From NCBI RefSeq assembly GCF_000150275.1, contig NW_002060945.1:3955397-4019396 (forward strand): a stretch of 64,000 nt of DNA, read 5' to 3'. Positions 53,001 to 64,000 of the stretch are shown piece after piece; the stretch's first letter is position 1, and each line of letters opens with the position of its first letter. The position numbers and the translations under genes are program-made. The notes under the pieces were generated by a model. It was not told where the DNA came from. It saw only the letters and a list, made by a program, of their open reading frames with translations, and did not search any database. The DNA is from Trichoplax adhaerens (taxonomy: Eukaryota; Animalia; Placozoa).

Positions 53001-56000
53001 CAACGTTCGTTAAAGTAGCTGTTATAATAAATATTGTCAGCTATGATATTGCTTATACTCCGAAAATATTTTAATAACATACAGCTATACATCTACACAA
53101 TAGATCAAAGCACACATGAATCACATTCTACTTACTCATTTGGCATTGCTGTCCGGTCCAACCATACGAACAACTGCAATTATATCCGCCAGTAGAGTTA
53201 CTAGTACATGTCCCATGAACACATGGATATGATGCACAACTTCCAGCTGAAATTAATTTTAAATATTCAAATTTAGCCATAGACTAGTCTTTAGTAAATT
53301 TAGACAGAGAATACATCCCGATACAGCTCTCAAATGCGCGTAGTATTATTCAATACAGAACCGGCATATACTGTATCTTGGGATAGTAATATCTTCAGTA
53401 ACAGAAACAACATTACATCGCGGTTTTCAATATAAGAACATTATATTACAGTATTTATCGTATATTATTTATTAGTAAATTCGTAAGTTGCCATTGTCCT
53501 GTATTTACTTAATGAATTAATTAACTGTATTGTAGAAACATCTCACATTCACTCAATGCTGATAAAATCGTAAAGTCGGCCGTGATTACGCAGGCGTAAT
53601 CTATACAACAACGTAATACAAATACATCAAGAATTGGAATCTAAGTTCAAGAAATATTTGAAGCTGTAATTATAAATTGTAACTTATAATATCGATATCT
53701 CTTAAGAGTATGTAAGCATAGAAATATTTAGAGTTGGTTAATTAACCGACTTATAAAATCATCATATAGTAAACAGACGATCCTAAGAAGATTTCGTAAC
53801 CGTCTCTATATGATGTTCGATATTGGCTCACTTCATTAAGACGTAATCGTTCACAATTATCTATTCGTATACAGTATAATGCACTGTCTATTTAATTACC
53901 GAAATAACGTAAAAAGCTTTCGATTTATTCCACCTTGCAACGTAACTTAGTATACAATCACTGTCATTGTCGATTAATTTTCCATTCAATTTGATGTAAA
54001 CACAAAAAAATTTGTGTAGATCTACTAATTATTCAATTAGACGTGACTATTCATAAAAATGTTGTGTTCTTATTTGAACATTAATACTGTAACATAAAAA
54101 GGAGTTCCTAATAGGAAGTGAAGAAAATAGTAAAACTATTTTTTAATTTACTTTTGCGTAAAACTTACTTAAACAAGTAACTCCTGCGTAATTGTAATTA
54201 TTGCAAGATCCAGTATCAGTCCAATTGGATCGAGAACACTGCAATAAAGAGGTTTCGTTTCCTGTACATCCCAGATATCTTAGCCATATCTGAATGCGTG
54301 CAGAACCATATTGTGAGCAACATTGGTATGTAGATACATTTGCAAATCCTAATTGCCTGCAGGCTACTTGAGCATCCTGCATACTCCAGCCATGATCGCA
54401 AATTGCACCCCAACGACCGTCATGATATATTTGTACATTGCCTCTCGTAGAATCGTAACCTTTTCCAACAAGTCTAAGCGCTCCCTCTGCTACGGGACCT
54501 ATGAAATAATGATATGTAAATTATTGCAAAAAGAATAAATTACCTGATGAACAATATCACATTTACAAAGATAATCCTTAACACCTTAAACTAACGATTT
54601 GAATATAGAAGAGATAATTAAGCTGTCTCACCTTCAGCACAGTTTGATCCATAATACCCTTCTGGACATTTGCACGTGTAAGCTTGAAACTGATCAACAC
54701 ACGTAGCATTACTTGAACACGGATTAGAAGCACATTCGTTAGTCCCTGAAAGGAGTTAAAATTAATAATAATGAGATTATAATAGGTATAGCCTCGGACA
54801 TATCTTATTTTAACCATGGCGAAAATAATACCGATTCTTAACTAAAATGACAGTATCGTTAAATCAATAACTATAAAATAAACTCTATCTGAAGATCTCC
54901 AAGTAATTATTCATAGTATCAATCTCACAATAATGTTATTAACGTATATAAAAGAAATATCATCGCCAATCATAAAGTTACCAGCTTCACACTGTTTGCC
55001 AGTCCACCCTGGCGAGCAACTACAATTATAACCAACTCCCAAAGTTGCGTTACTGATGCAAGTTCCATGAACGCAAGGGAAGGATCCGCATGCGCCAACT
55101 GTGAACAAAATTTATTTTTAATGCAGTTCTAAGAGCATGCCAACGGGTAAAAAAACAAGAAGTCAAATTCTTTTACTAAAATTTACATACCAGTACATTC
55201 AATGCCGGCTTCGTCGTAACGTTGACAACCAGTGTTATTCCATCCAGTGTATGAGCATGCAGATAGACTACTTTCAGAGCCAGTACAGTTAACATTACTT
55301 AGCCATATTGGGCCATTTCCATATCCAAAATATGAACAGCAATAATAGGATGATACATTAGTGTAACCTAGCTGTCTGCATACGACTCTAGCATCCTCAA
55401 TTCCAAATTCTCGATGGCATACAGATCCCCACTGATTGTTATAAAATACTTCCAATCTTCCAGCATTTGGCTTATATCCATTTACTAGTCGTATAGGTAT
55501 AGTGATGTTTGTACCTTTGTTTGAAGCAACATTGTAAGATATTGAGTATCAGCTTGCCGATAAAAATACTTTAAGTCTATGTCGCTACATATAATTAAAG
55601 AAATTAAAATACGATAATAACATACAGCATAAGATTCAGGCTAACCATATAATTATAGATCTAATCGTGCTACCAATATAATCAAGTAAAGAACAAATCT
55701 ATCAAATGTCAAAACTGAATAACTTGATTCTAATGTGCTATCTATTACATACAATTTTGACTATTAAACTATATCAACATGATTTAGGAAATTAAGCTGC
55801 AGTTGCAGTTATGTAAAATGTATGTGCAAATGTATTTTTAATAGAAAAAAATAATTACAAAACGTAATAAAACGAAATAAAAACTATTCTAATCTCCCGA
55901 AAGTAATACTTGTCTATAATTCATCAGATAAGGTATAGTACTTAGCATATCTTAATACAATTAGCTACTCTCAAAACCTGAGGTTAGGAAACTATAACTT

Positions 56001-59000
56001 CGTAAATGATTATAATGTTTTTGATACATAACGTAAAACATGCATCTAGGGGCCTATTTAACTAACTTGACCTCACATATCAACTTATAAATCAATAATT
56101 TGATGCAAATTACCTTAAAATGAAAGCTTAATTATTTTTAAATAAATACGAATCGATAAATTTTCGAATTTAGTTGAAGTTTGAAATTTCTTATAAAATT
56201 TAAACTTGAATAGTGTTCTCTAGTCTGCACATCGTCTATTTTAATACTATAGATTACAAAAAAAGCATCATACTTACTCAGTCTACATGATGAATTAATG
56301 TAACTGTAGCCAGACGGACACTGGCAATCGTATCTACCAATTCTGTCGATACAAGTAGCGTGCTTCCACATGGTGATGAATNNNNNNNNNNNNNNNNNNN
56401 NNNNNNNNNNNNNNNNNNNNNNNNNNNNNNNCATAACACTAAAGTGTATAATACACATAAAATATCTTTTATAATAATGTAATCAATACAACTGCTATAA
56501 TTATCTATAATTAACATTATTGCAGATTTTTCAAGGAAAATCGTCAGAATAATAGTTTATATAAAGCATAGAATAATACGATGTTGAAGTAAGAAACTGA
56601 CGATCTCGTATTGTAATTTCAGTATGAAGTAATCATACAGTTACGCATATGTGTTGTATTATATAGTAAAAATATTGTCTATACTCTATAATAGACGATA
56701 TTAATCCACTATTCGTACATTAATATTATTATTCTGCTGTACGTCGTCTACCTGATTGACATTCATTCCCGGTGTATCCATTTATACAAGAGCAGTTATA
56801 ACCGATTCCTGAAGAGCCTACCATGCAGGTACCACCATTTAAGCATGGATTTGAGTAACAATCGCTTCCTAATTTTAGATGTTTTGATATATTTGTTTAT
56901 AAAATATAATATTGAAAGTTACTTATTACATATTATTTAATAAATTCGTGTGCTAGTAGTATTTATGTTATAGTACATTAATTTTAATAATAAAACAATT
57001 TAGTACAGTACATGTAGAACCATACTTACGGATATTACAGTTTGTTCCCACATAGCCCGGCGAACAAGAACAGTTATATGCACCGGGTTGATCGTAACAT
57101 GTTCCGTTAACACAAGGATTAGATGCGCATTGATTAAAGTCTATTTCAAGTAAAATGGTAATTAGAGTCTATTAAACATGATACACAAACAATTCTTGTA
57201 CATTGTGTAGTTATATAGAATATCTACATTATCATGTAAATTAAAAATACTGTTCGTTAGTGTCTTAGTAATACTAAAAACTCTATACTTGTATATAACA
57301 GGCGTTTAATATCTGACGGAACTTAGTAATATAGTAAATACCATAATAATGCTAATGGAATCTTTGAATTTGATAGAATTTCTGACAGTTAAACTACTGT
57401 GTATTTCTGTAGTACTGTCGTACTTTGTAGCTACAATACAAGTAACTATTGTAATTTTATCATTACTTAAACAATCTCTAGTATCTAACTACCAAATTTA
57501 ACAATGACGTCTAATATCTACAGAACGTAGATAGTACAATATTCTACAAGAATGAACTCTTTACCTATATAAATATGTAATATAACTTACCAGTACATCT
57601 TACACCTGCCACATCGTATCTAGAACATCCATTACTGATACTTCCCCATCCAGAGCCGCGAGAGCAATCTGAAACTCTACTTTCATTTCCTCTACAATAT
57701 AGATTGCTTAACCACATTAACGTGTAATACTTGTTATTTCCATAGTACGAGCAACAGTAAGAGTGCGAGGCGTTAGGATAACCTAACTGACGACATACAA
57801 CTTGTGCATCGTTTATATCAAAGGAACGGTGACATATCGAGCCCCAGGTTCCGTTATGATAGATTTCGACATTGCCTTCATTCGGTCCAGCAGCGTTATA
57901 CTGAGCCACTAATCTAACGCTACCATCAGCAATTGGTCCTATTACGTTGTATTAACGTTAAAAATTGTTATACAAAATCATATAAGAATGGGTGTTTTCG
58001 AACTCGTAATCACTTATAATTAAATTAAAATATCTAATAGTAGAATTAGAATTTACTGCTAGCGCTATTATATCCTAATAGCAACCTTCTTGACAGTTCG
58101 ATCCATAGTATCCATCTGGACATAAACATACATAACTAGTATGTTGATCAATACATGTTGCATTGGCTGAACAAGGGTTAGAAGCGCATTCATTTACACC
58201 TAGACGATGTTATCAATTACAAAAATAATTACTATTACATAGAATACTTTTTACAACGCCCTCGCATTTCCTGGAAAACGGTATTATCTATTTTATAGTA
58301 TAGTATTATATCTGTATTCTCAACGTTCGTTAAAGTAGCTGTTATAATAAATATTGTCAGCTATGATATTGCTTATACTCNNNNNNNNNNNNNNNNNNNN
58401 NNNNNNNNNNNNNNNNNNNNNNNNNNNNNNNNNNNNNNNNNNNNNNNNNNNNNNNNNNNNNNNNNNNNNNNNNNNNNNNNNNNNNNNNNNNNNNNNNNNN
58501 NNNNNNNNNNNNNNNNNNNNNNNNNNNNNNNNNNNNNNNNNNNNNNNNNNNNNNNNNNNNNNNNNNNNNNNNNNNNNNNNNNNNNNNNNNNNNNNNNNNN
58601 NNNNNNNNNNNNNNNNNNNNNNNNNNNNNNNNNNNNNNNNNNNNNNNNNNNNNNNNNNNNNNNNNNNNNNNNNNNNNNNNNNNNNNNNNNNNNNNNNNNN
58701 NNNNNNNNNNNNNNNNNNNNNNNNNNNNNNNNNNNNNNNNNNNNNNNNNNNNNNNNNNNNNNNNNNNNNNNNNNNNNNNNNNNNNNNNNNNNNNNNNNNN
58801 NNNNNNNNNNNNNNNNNNNNNNNNNNNNNNNNNNNNNNNNNNNNNNNNNNNNNNNNNNNNNNNNNNNNNNNNNNNNNNNNNNNNNNNNNNNNNNNNNNNN
58901 NNNNNNNNNNNNNNNNNNNNNNNNNNNNNNNNNNNGATCATCCCGATACAGCTCTCAAATGCGCGTAGTATTATTCAATACAGAACCGGCATATACTGTA

Positions 59001-62000
59001 TCTTGGGATAGTAATATCTTCAGTAACAGAAACAACATTACATCGCGGTTTTCAATATAAGAACATTATATTACAGTATTTATCGTATATTATTTATTAG
59101 TAAATTCGTAAGTTGCCATTGTCCTGTATTTACTTAATGAATTAATTAACTGTATTGTAGAAACATCTCACATTCACTCAATGCTGATAAAATCGTAAAG
59201 TCGGCCGTGATTACGCAGGCGTAATCTATACAACAACGTAATACAAATACATCAAGAATTGGAATCTAAGTTCAAGAAATATTTGAAGCTGTAATTATAA
59301 ATTGTAACTTATAATATCGATATCTCTTAAGAGTATGTAAGCATAGAAATATTTAGAGTTGGTTAATTAACCGACTTATAAAATCATCATATAGTAAACA
59401 GACGATCCTAAGAAGATTTCGTAACCGTCTCTATATGATGTTCAATATTGGCTCACTTCATTAAGACGTAATCGTTCACAATTATCTATTCGTATACAGT
59501 ATAATGCACTGTCTATTTAATTACCGAAATAACGTAAAAAGCTTTCGATTTATTCCACCTTGCAACGTAACTTAGTATACAATCACTGTCATTGTCGATT
59601 AATTTTCCATTCAATTTGATGTAAACACAAAAAAATTTGTGTAGATCTACTAATTATTCAATTAGACGTGACTATTCATAAAAATGTTGTGTTCTTATTT
59701 GAACATTAATACTGTAACATAAAAAGGAGTTCCTAATAGGAAGTGAAGAAAATAGTAAAACTATTTTTTAATTTACTTTTGCGTAAAACTTACTTAAACA
59801 AGTAACTCCTGCGTAATTGTAATTATTGCAAGATCCAGTATCAGTCCAATTGGATCGAGAACACTGCAATAAAGAGGTTTCGTTTCCTGTACATCCCAGA
59901 TATCTTAGCCATATCTGAATGCGTGCAGAACCATATTGTGAGCAACATTGGTATGTAGATACATTTGCAAATCCTAATTGCCTGCAGGCTACTTGAGCAT
60001 CCTGCATACTCCAGCCATGATCGCAAATTGCACCCCAACGACCGTCATGATATATTTGTACATTGCCTCTCGTAGAATCGTAACCTTTTCCAACAAGTCT
60101 AAGCGCTCCCTCTGCTACGGGACCTATGAAATAATGATATGTAAATTATTGCAAAAAGAATAAATTACCTGATGAACAATATCACATTTACAAAGATAAT
60201 CCTTAACACCTTAAACTAACGATTTGAATATAGAAGAGATAATTAAGCTGTCTCACCTTCAGCACAGTTTGATCCATAATACCCTTCTGGACATTTGCAC
60301 GTGTAAGCTTGAAACTGATCAACACACGTAGCATTACTTGAACACGGATTAGAAGCACATTCGTTAGTCCCTGAAAGGAGTTAAAATTAATAATAATGAG
60401 ATTATAATAGGTATAGCCTCGGACATATCTTATTTTAACCATGGCGAAAATAATACCGATTCTTAACTAAAATGACAGTATCGTTAAATCAATAACTATA
60501 AAATAAACTCTATCTGAAGATCTCCAAGTAATTATTCATAGTATCAATCTCACAATAATGTTATTAACGTATATAAAAGAAATATCATCGCCAATCATAA
60601 AGTTACCAGCTTCACACTGTTTGCCAGTCCACCCTGGCGAGCAACTACAATTATAACCAACTCCCAAAGTTGCGTTACTGATGCAAGTTCCATGAACGCA
60701 AGGGAAGGATCCGCATGCGCCAACTGTGAACAAAATTTATTTTTAATGCAGTTCTAAGAGCATGCCAACGGGTAAAAAAACAAGAAGTCAAATTCTTTTA
60801 CTAAAATTTACATACCAGTACATTCAATGCCGGCTTCGTCGTAACGTTGACAACCAGTGTTATTCCATCCAGTGTATGAGCATGCAGATAGACTACTTTC
60901 AGAGCCAGTACAGTTAACATTACTTAGCCATATTGGGCCATTTCCATATCCAAAATATGAACAGCAATAATAGGATGATACATTAGTGTAACCTAGCTGT
61001 CTGCATACGACTCTAGCATCCTCAATTCCAAATTCTCGATGGCATACAGATCCCCACTGATTGTTATAAAATACTTCCAATCTTCCAGCATTTGGCTTAT
61101 ATCCATTTACTAGTCGTATAGGTATAGTGATGTTTGTACCTTTGTTTGAAGCAACATTGTAAGATATTGAGTATCAGCTTGCCGATAAAAATACTTTAAG
61201 TCTATGTCGCTACATATAATTAAAGAAATTAAAATACGATAATAACATACAGCATAAGATTCAGGCTAACCATATAATTATAGATCTAATCGTGCTACCA
61301 ATATAATCAAGTAAAGAACAAATCTATCAAATGTCAAAACTGAATAACTTGATTCTAATGTGCTATCTATTACATACAATTTTGACTATTAAACTATATC
61401 AACATGATTTAGGAAATTAAGCTGCAGTTGCAGTTATGTAAAATGTATGTGCAAATGTATTTTTAATAGAAAAAAATAATTACAAAACGTAATAAAACGA
61501 AATAAAAACTATTCTAATCTCCCGAAAGTAATACTTGTCTATAATTCATCAGATAAGGTATAGTACTTAGCATATCTTAATACAATTAGCTACTCTCAAA
61601 ACCTGAGGTTAGGAAACTATAACTTCGTAAATGATTATAATGTTTTTGATACATAACGTAAAACATGCATCTAGGGGCCTATTTAACTAACTTGACCTCA
61701 CATATCAACTTATAAATCAATAATTTGATGCAAATTACCTTAAAATGAAAGCTTAATTATTTTCAAATAAATACGAATCGATAAATTTTCGAATTTAGTT
61801 GAAGTTTGAAATTTCTTATAAAATTTAAACTTGAATAGTGTTCTCTAGTCTGCATATCGTCTATTTTAATACAATAGATTACAAAAAAAGCATCATACTT
61901 ACTCAGTCTACATGATGAATTAATGTAACTGTAGCCAGACGGACACTGGCAATCGTATCTACCAATTCTGTCGATACAAGTAGCGTTGCTTCCACATGGT

Positions 62001-64000
62001 GATGAATTACATTCATTGATATCTATTTAATAGAAGTACGCGCATATCTAATTAATATTTACTGTATACTAATTAATCTCAAGGCTAATAATCTATTACA
62101 ATCTAAAACTTTAATAAAGAACTACTGTACTGTTACTACTGTATGTATTAATAATGGCTACTTGTAAACTAACTAACTAACATCGTACATTCCATTTATA
62201 CTTTAAATTGATAACAGTAAAGAAGTTCATAAATTAATTCTAAACTACTATTACTTGTGTAATTGATATTGCTTACTTGTTTGACACCTATTGCCAGTAA
62301 ATCCATAAGAACACGAACAACTATATCCATGAATTCCAGCAAAACAAGTAGCACCATTTGAACACGGATTCGGTAAACAACTATTACTAGCATCTAAATA
62401 TAGCATAAATTAATATTAGTATACGAGTATAAATAAGATACAAAACATAGTTTTACGCGTATTCAGCTTAGCACGTAAATTTGGATAATTATTTAATGTT
62501 ATTATGAAAAAAGTTTTACTGACTTTGTTGGCAATACGAATTATTGTAGATGTAGCCTGGTGGACAATAACAATCGTATCTACCGATACCATCAATGCAG
62601 GTAGAATTGTTCAAGCATGGAGAGGAACTACATTCATTAACATCTGTTATAGAATAAATCAAATAAAATCAATCCATACATTCTTTTCTATTATTTAAAA
62701 CTCATAAAAGCTAAGATATCAATCTATTTCAAAGCTATGAAATCATGCACGACTACAGCATAATGAAAGTAAAATAATGTGGCTATGAGTGAAGTATGTT
62801 GTAATTGTAGTAGTTATTACTTACTTATCTGACAAATATTGCCAGTAAATCCATGAGGACATGAACAATTATATCCACTCTGGGTTCCTTGTGAGCAAGT
62901 ACCGCCATTTAAGCAAGGACTTGGCGAGCAACTATTGTTTAAAGCTGTAATATTTAACAGTTATTGACAATCACAATTAGTAATACAAATTATATAGAGG
63001 TAAAATCAAATTGCTATGACAAACTATGTGTAATAGAATTCTGTTTTGTTATGTGTTCTGTCCTATCTTACAATCGTTGCTAAGAAAGATATACCAAAGT
63101 ACAATCGTACAGTACAGTGTATGAAGTAGTTATAGTTTGGTGATACTGTATCACACATACAGTATAGCCATAGACGTATTTTACGAACTTACACCCGAGA
63201 CCACTAAAAGGAAAGAAAGAGGGACGTAAAGCGGCTACCAGTGAAAATTAACATGGAGGTCTATCATTCTTTAGGCCATTCTGCTATAGCTATGCCACTA
63301 GCTCATGTACAACCATCTAGTGGGCTTACTGTAGTACTTATGTCTGATTTCTAAGTATGAAAATAGACAGTACGTACACACTACGGTATACTAGACTGTT
63401 AGCTCAGCTATTATAGTCTAATACTGTACGCTAGACCACCTACCCCAGGCAACATTAACCAGTTCAATTAAAGACAGAGAAAAGAACGCACTAAGCACTT
63501 CTTCTTATTGCGTCTTATTAACTTAATAGTAATTATATTTATATTACTAGGGTAAGCTCGGTGCTGCAAGGTACGTTTCGTATATGGTAACGGAAAGTAA
63601 CTTTCCTGAAGAAACCAATTTTTGATAACTTTATTCCGCGATTGACGACAACTTTAACGTATTCGATCGATCACGGCCAAACGGAGAGTGGGACTGAAAA
63701 CTATTGCACACCTGCACAATCTGCATACAGTGTAGATGCTCCTCGTTGACTTTAAAACGGCGAGAGAACTTGAATAAACTTCTAAACTACTCAACTCTAT
63801 ACTGCAGTGAAGCACTGTCACCTGTCGTTGCTATTTTGTTTGTGCATGCTCAGTGCCTGATATTGCTTAAATATACTAAATTTTTATGTTCAGTTATTTG
63901 TGATATGCATGCAGTCAATGCAGGTAATGGACAATTGGACATTAGATATTAAACGTTTTGTGAGAAAAAGTAAAGCACATTACTTTAAAATTTGGGGGGA
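32613..64000 (-). CDS. Paralog D: giant type-I membrane protein (SRCR-EGF2-5)n-Ser/Thr mucin-cbEGF3-NIDO-AMOP-VWD-EGF19-SEA-EGF3-TM; 5' end beyond the window
   Basis: More than 40 GT-AG exons. All single-domain exons checked are multiples of 3 nt and phase 1-1. No stops seen; the only indel is a 1-bp loss next to the gap at ~56360. Stop codon at 32613. Confidence 0.88.
38229..39250 (-). CDS. D exons: NIDO N-terminal exon 38229-38356; cbEGF exons 38439-38561, 38928-39050, 39128-39250
   Basis: LYPFG...DD...SPVFF...KLY|VSMNG; three 123-nt DxNEC exons. The NIDO exon is 128 nt, as in paralog B. Confidence 0.9.
39357..40190 (-). CDS. Ser/Thr-rich mucin-like exon of D (834 nt)
   Basis: Ser/Thr-dominated 278 codons; AG acceptor at 40191-40192 and GT donor at 39355-39356; phase 1-1. 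Confidence 0.85.
39590..39890 (-). repeat. 78-bp (26-aa) coding minisatellite, ~4 copies
   Basis: gataaatc(a/g)ctggaagttcg at 39599, 39677, 39755 and 39833; unit [26 protein letters not shown]. Confidence 0.9.
40323..45577 (-). CDS. D exons: SRCR 40323-40658, 41917-42240, 43535-43867; EGF 41285-41398, 41512-41622, 42688-42801, 43053-43166, 44194-44307, 44536-44655, 44910-45026, 45157-45276, 45458-45577
   Basis: Domain motifs with GT-AG boundaries; lengths 111-120 nt (EGF) and 324-336 nt (SRCR). Confidence 0.9.
46180..46744. mobile_element. Intronic non-autonomous Helitron-like/MITE-like repeat bounded by CTAG at both ends
   Basis: Left attaCTAGggtaagctcggtgc-tgcaag-gtacg; right gcacgg-ctaca-cctgc tttcgtgaCTAGtaat. 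Second copy starts at 63547; relative at ~11000. No coding capacity evident. Confidence 0.5.
47161..51820 (-). CDS. D exons: SRCR 47161-47505, 48637-48969, 50420-50743; EGF 47689-47802, 48059-48169, 49270-49383, 49656-49772, 50925-51038, 51432-51548, 51710-51820
   Basis: Domain motifs and phase-1 GT-AG boundaries. Confidence 0.9.
52271..56381 (-). CDS. D exons: SRCR 52271-52618, 54169-54498, 55191-55514; EGF 52766-52879, 53136-53246, 54632-54745, 54982-55098, 56278-gap
   Basis: Domain motifs and phase-1 GT-AG boundaries. Confidence 0.9.
56432..62005. repeat. Near-identical second copy of 51112-56381 (SRCR 57591-57938, 59794-60123, 60816-61139 plus EGF exons)
   Basis: Identical ORF translations at offsets +5320 and +5625 (the difference is due to gap 58381-58935); only scattered single-base differences. 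Confidence 0.92.
61790..64000. repeat. Near-identical copy of 44425-46625 (4 EGF exons 61903-62022, 62277-62393, 62524-62643, 62825-62944, plus the Helitron-like repeat from 63547)
   Basis: Offset +17367; ORFs 44829/62196 and 45137/62504 are identical; indels accumulate inside the repeat element. Confidence 0.92.

Overview
AT-rich, intron-containing eukaryotic DNA from a draft assembly with four N-gaps. Composition, short introns and domain content suggest an early-branching invertebrate such as a placozoan; this is inference only. Almost the whole window is a head-to-tail, minus-strand cluster of four paralogous giant cell-surface genes. Each has a variable N-terminal array of single-domain phase-1 exons (SRCR, EGF, MAM). 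In copies B and D this is joined to a NIDO-AMOP-VWD(GDPH)-cbEGF(n)-SEA(G/S)-EGF3-TM body encoded almost entirely by one very large exon; A and C keep only parts of it. Copy D (32613 to beyond 64000) looks intact and carries at least 9 distinct SRCR exons (12 with a duplicated block) and a Ser/Thr mucin exon. Copy B (12608-25490) and copy C (26370-29240) are decayed. Copy A (945-9807) has lost NIDO-AMOP-VWD by deletion but may still be spliceable. Mobile DNA: an internally deleted Ty3/gypsy LTR element with TSD, PBS and PPT inserted in an SRCR exon of B; a Ginger/KRBA2-type integrase exon; and a Helitron-like non-autonomous repeat. No rRNA, tRNA or CRISPR features were found.
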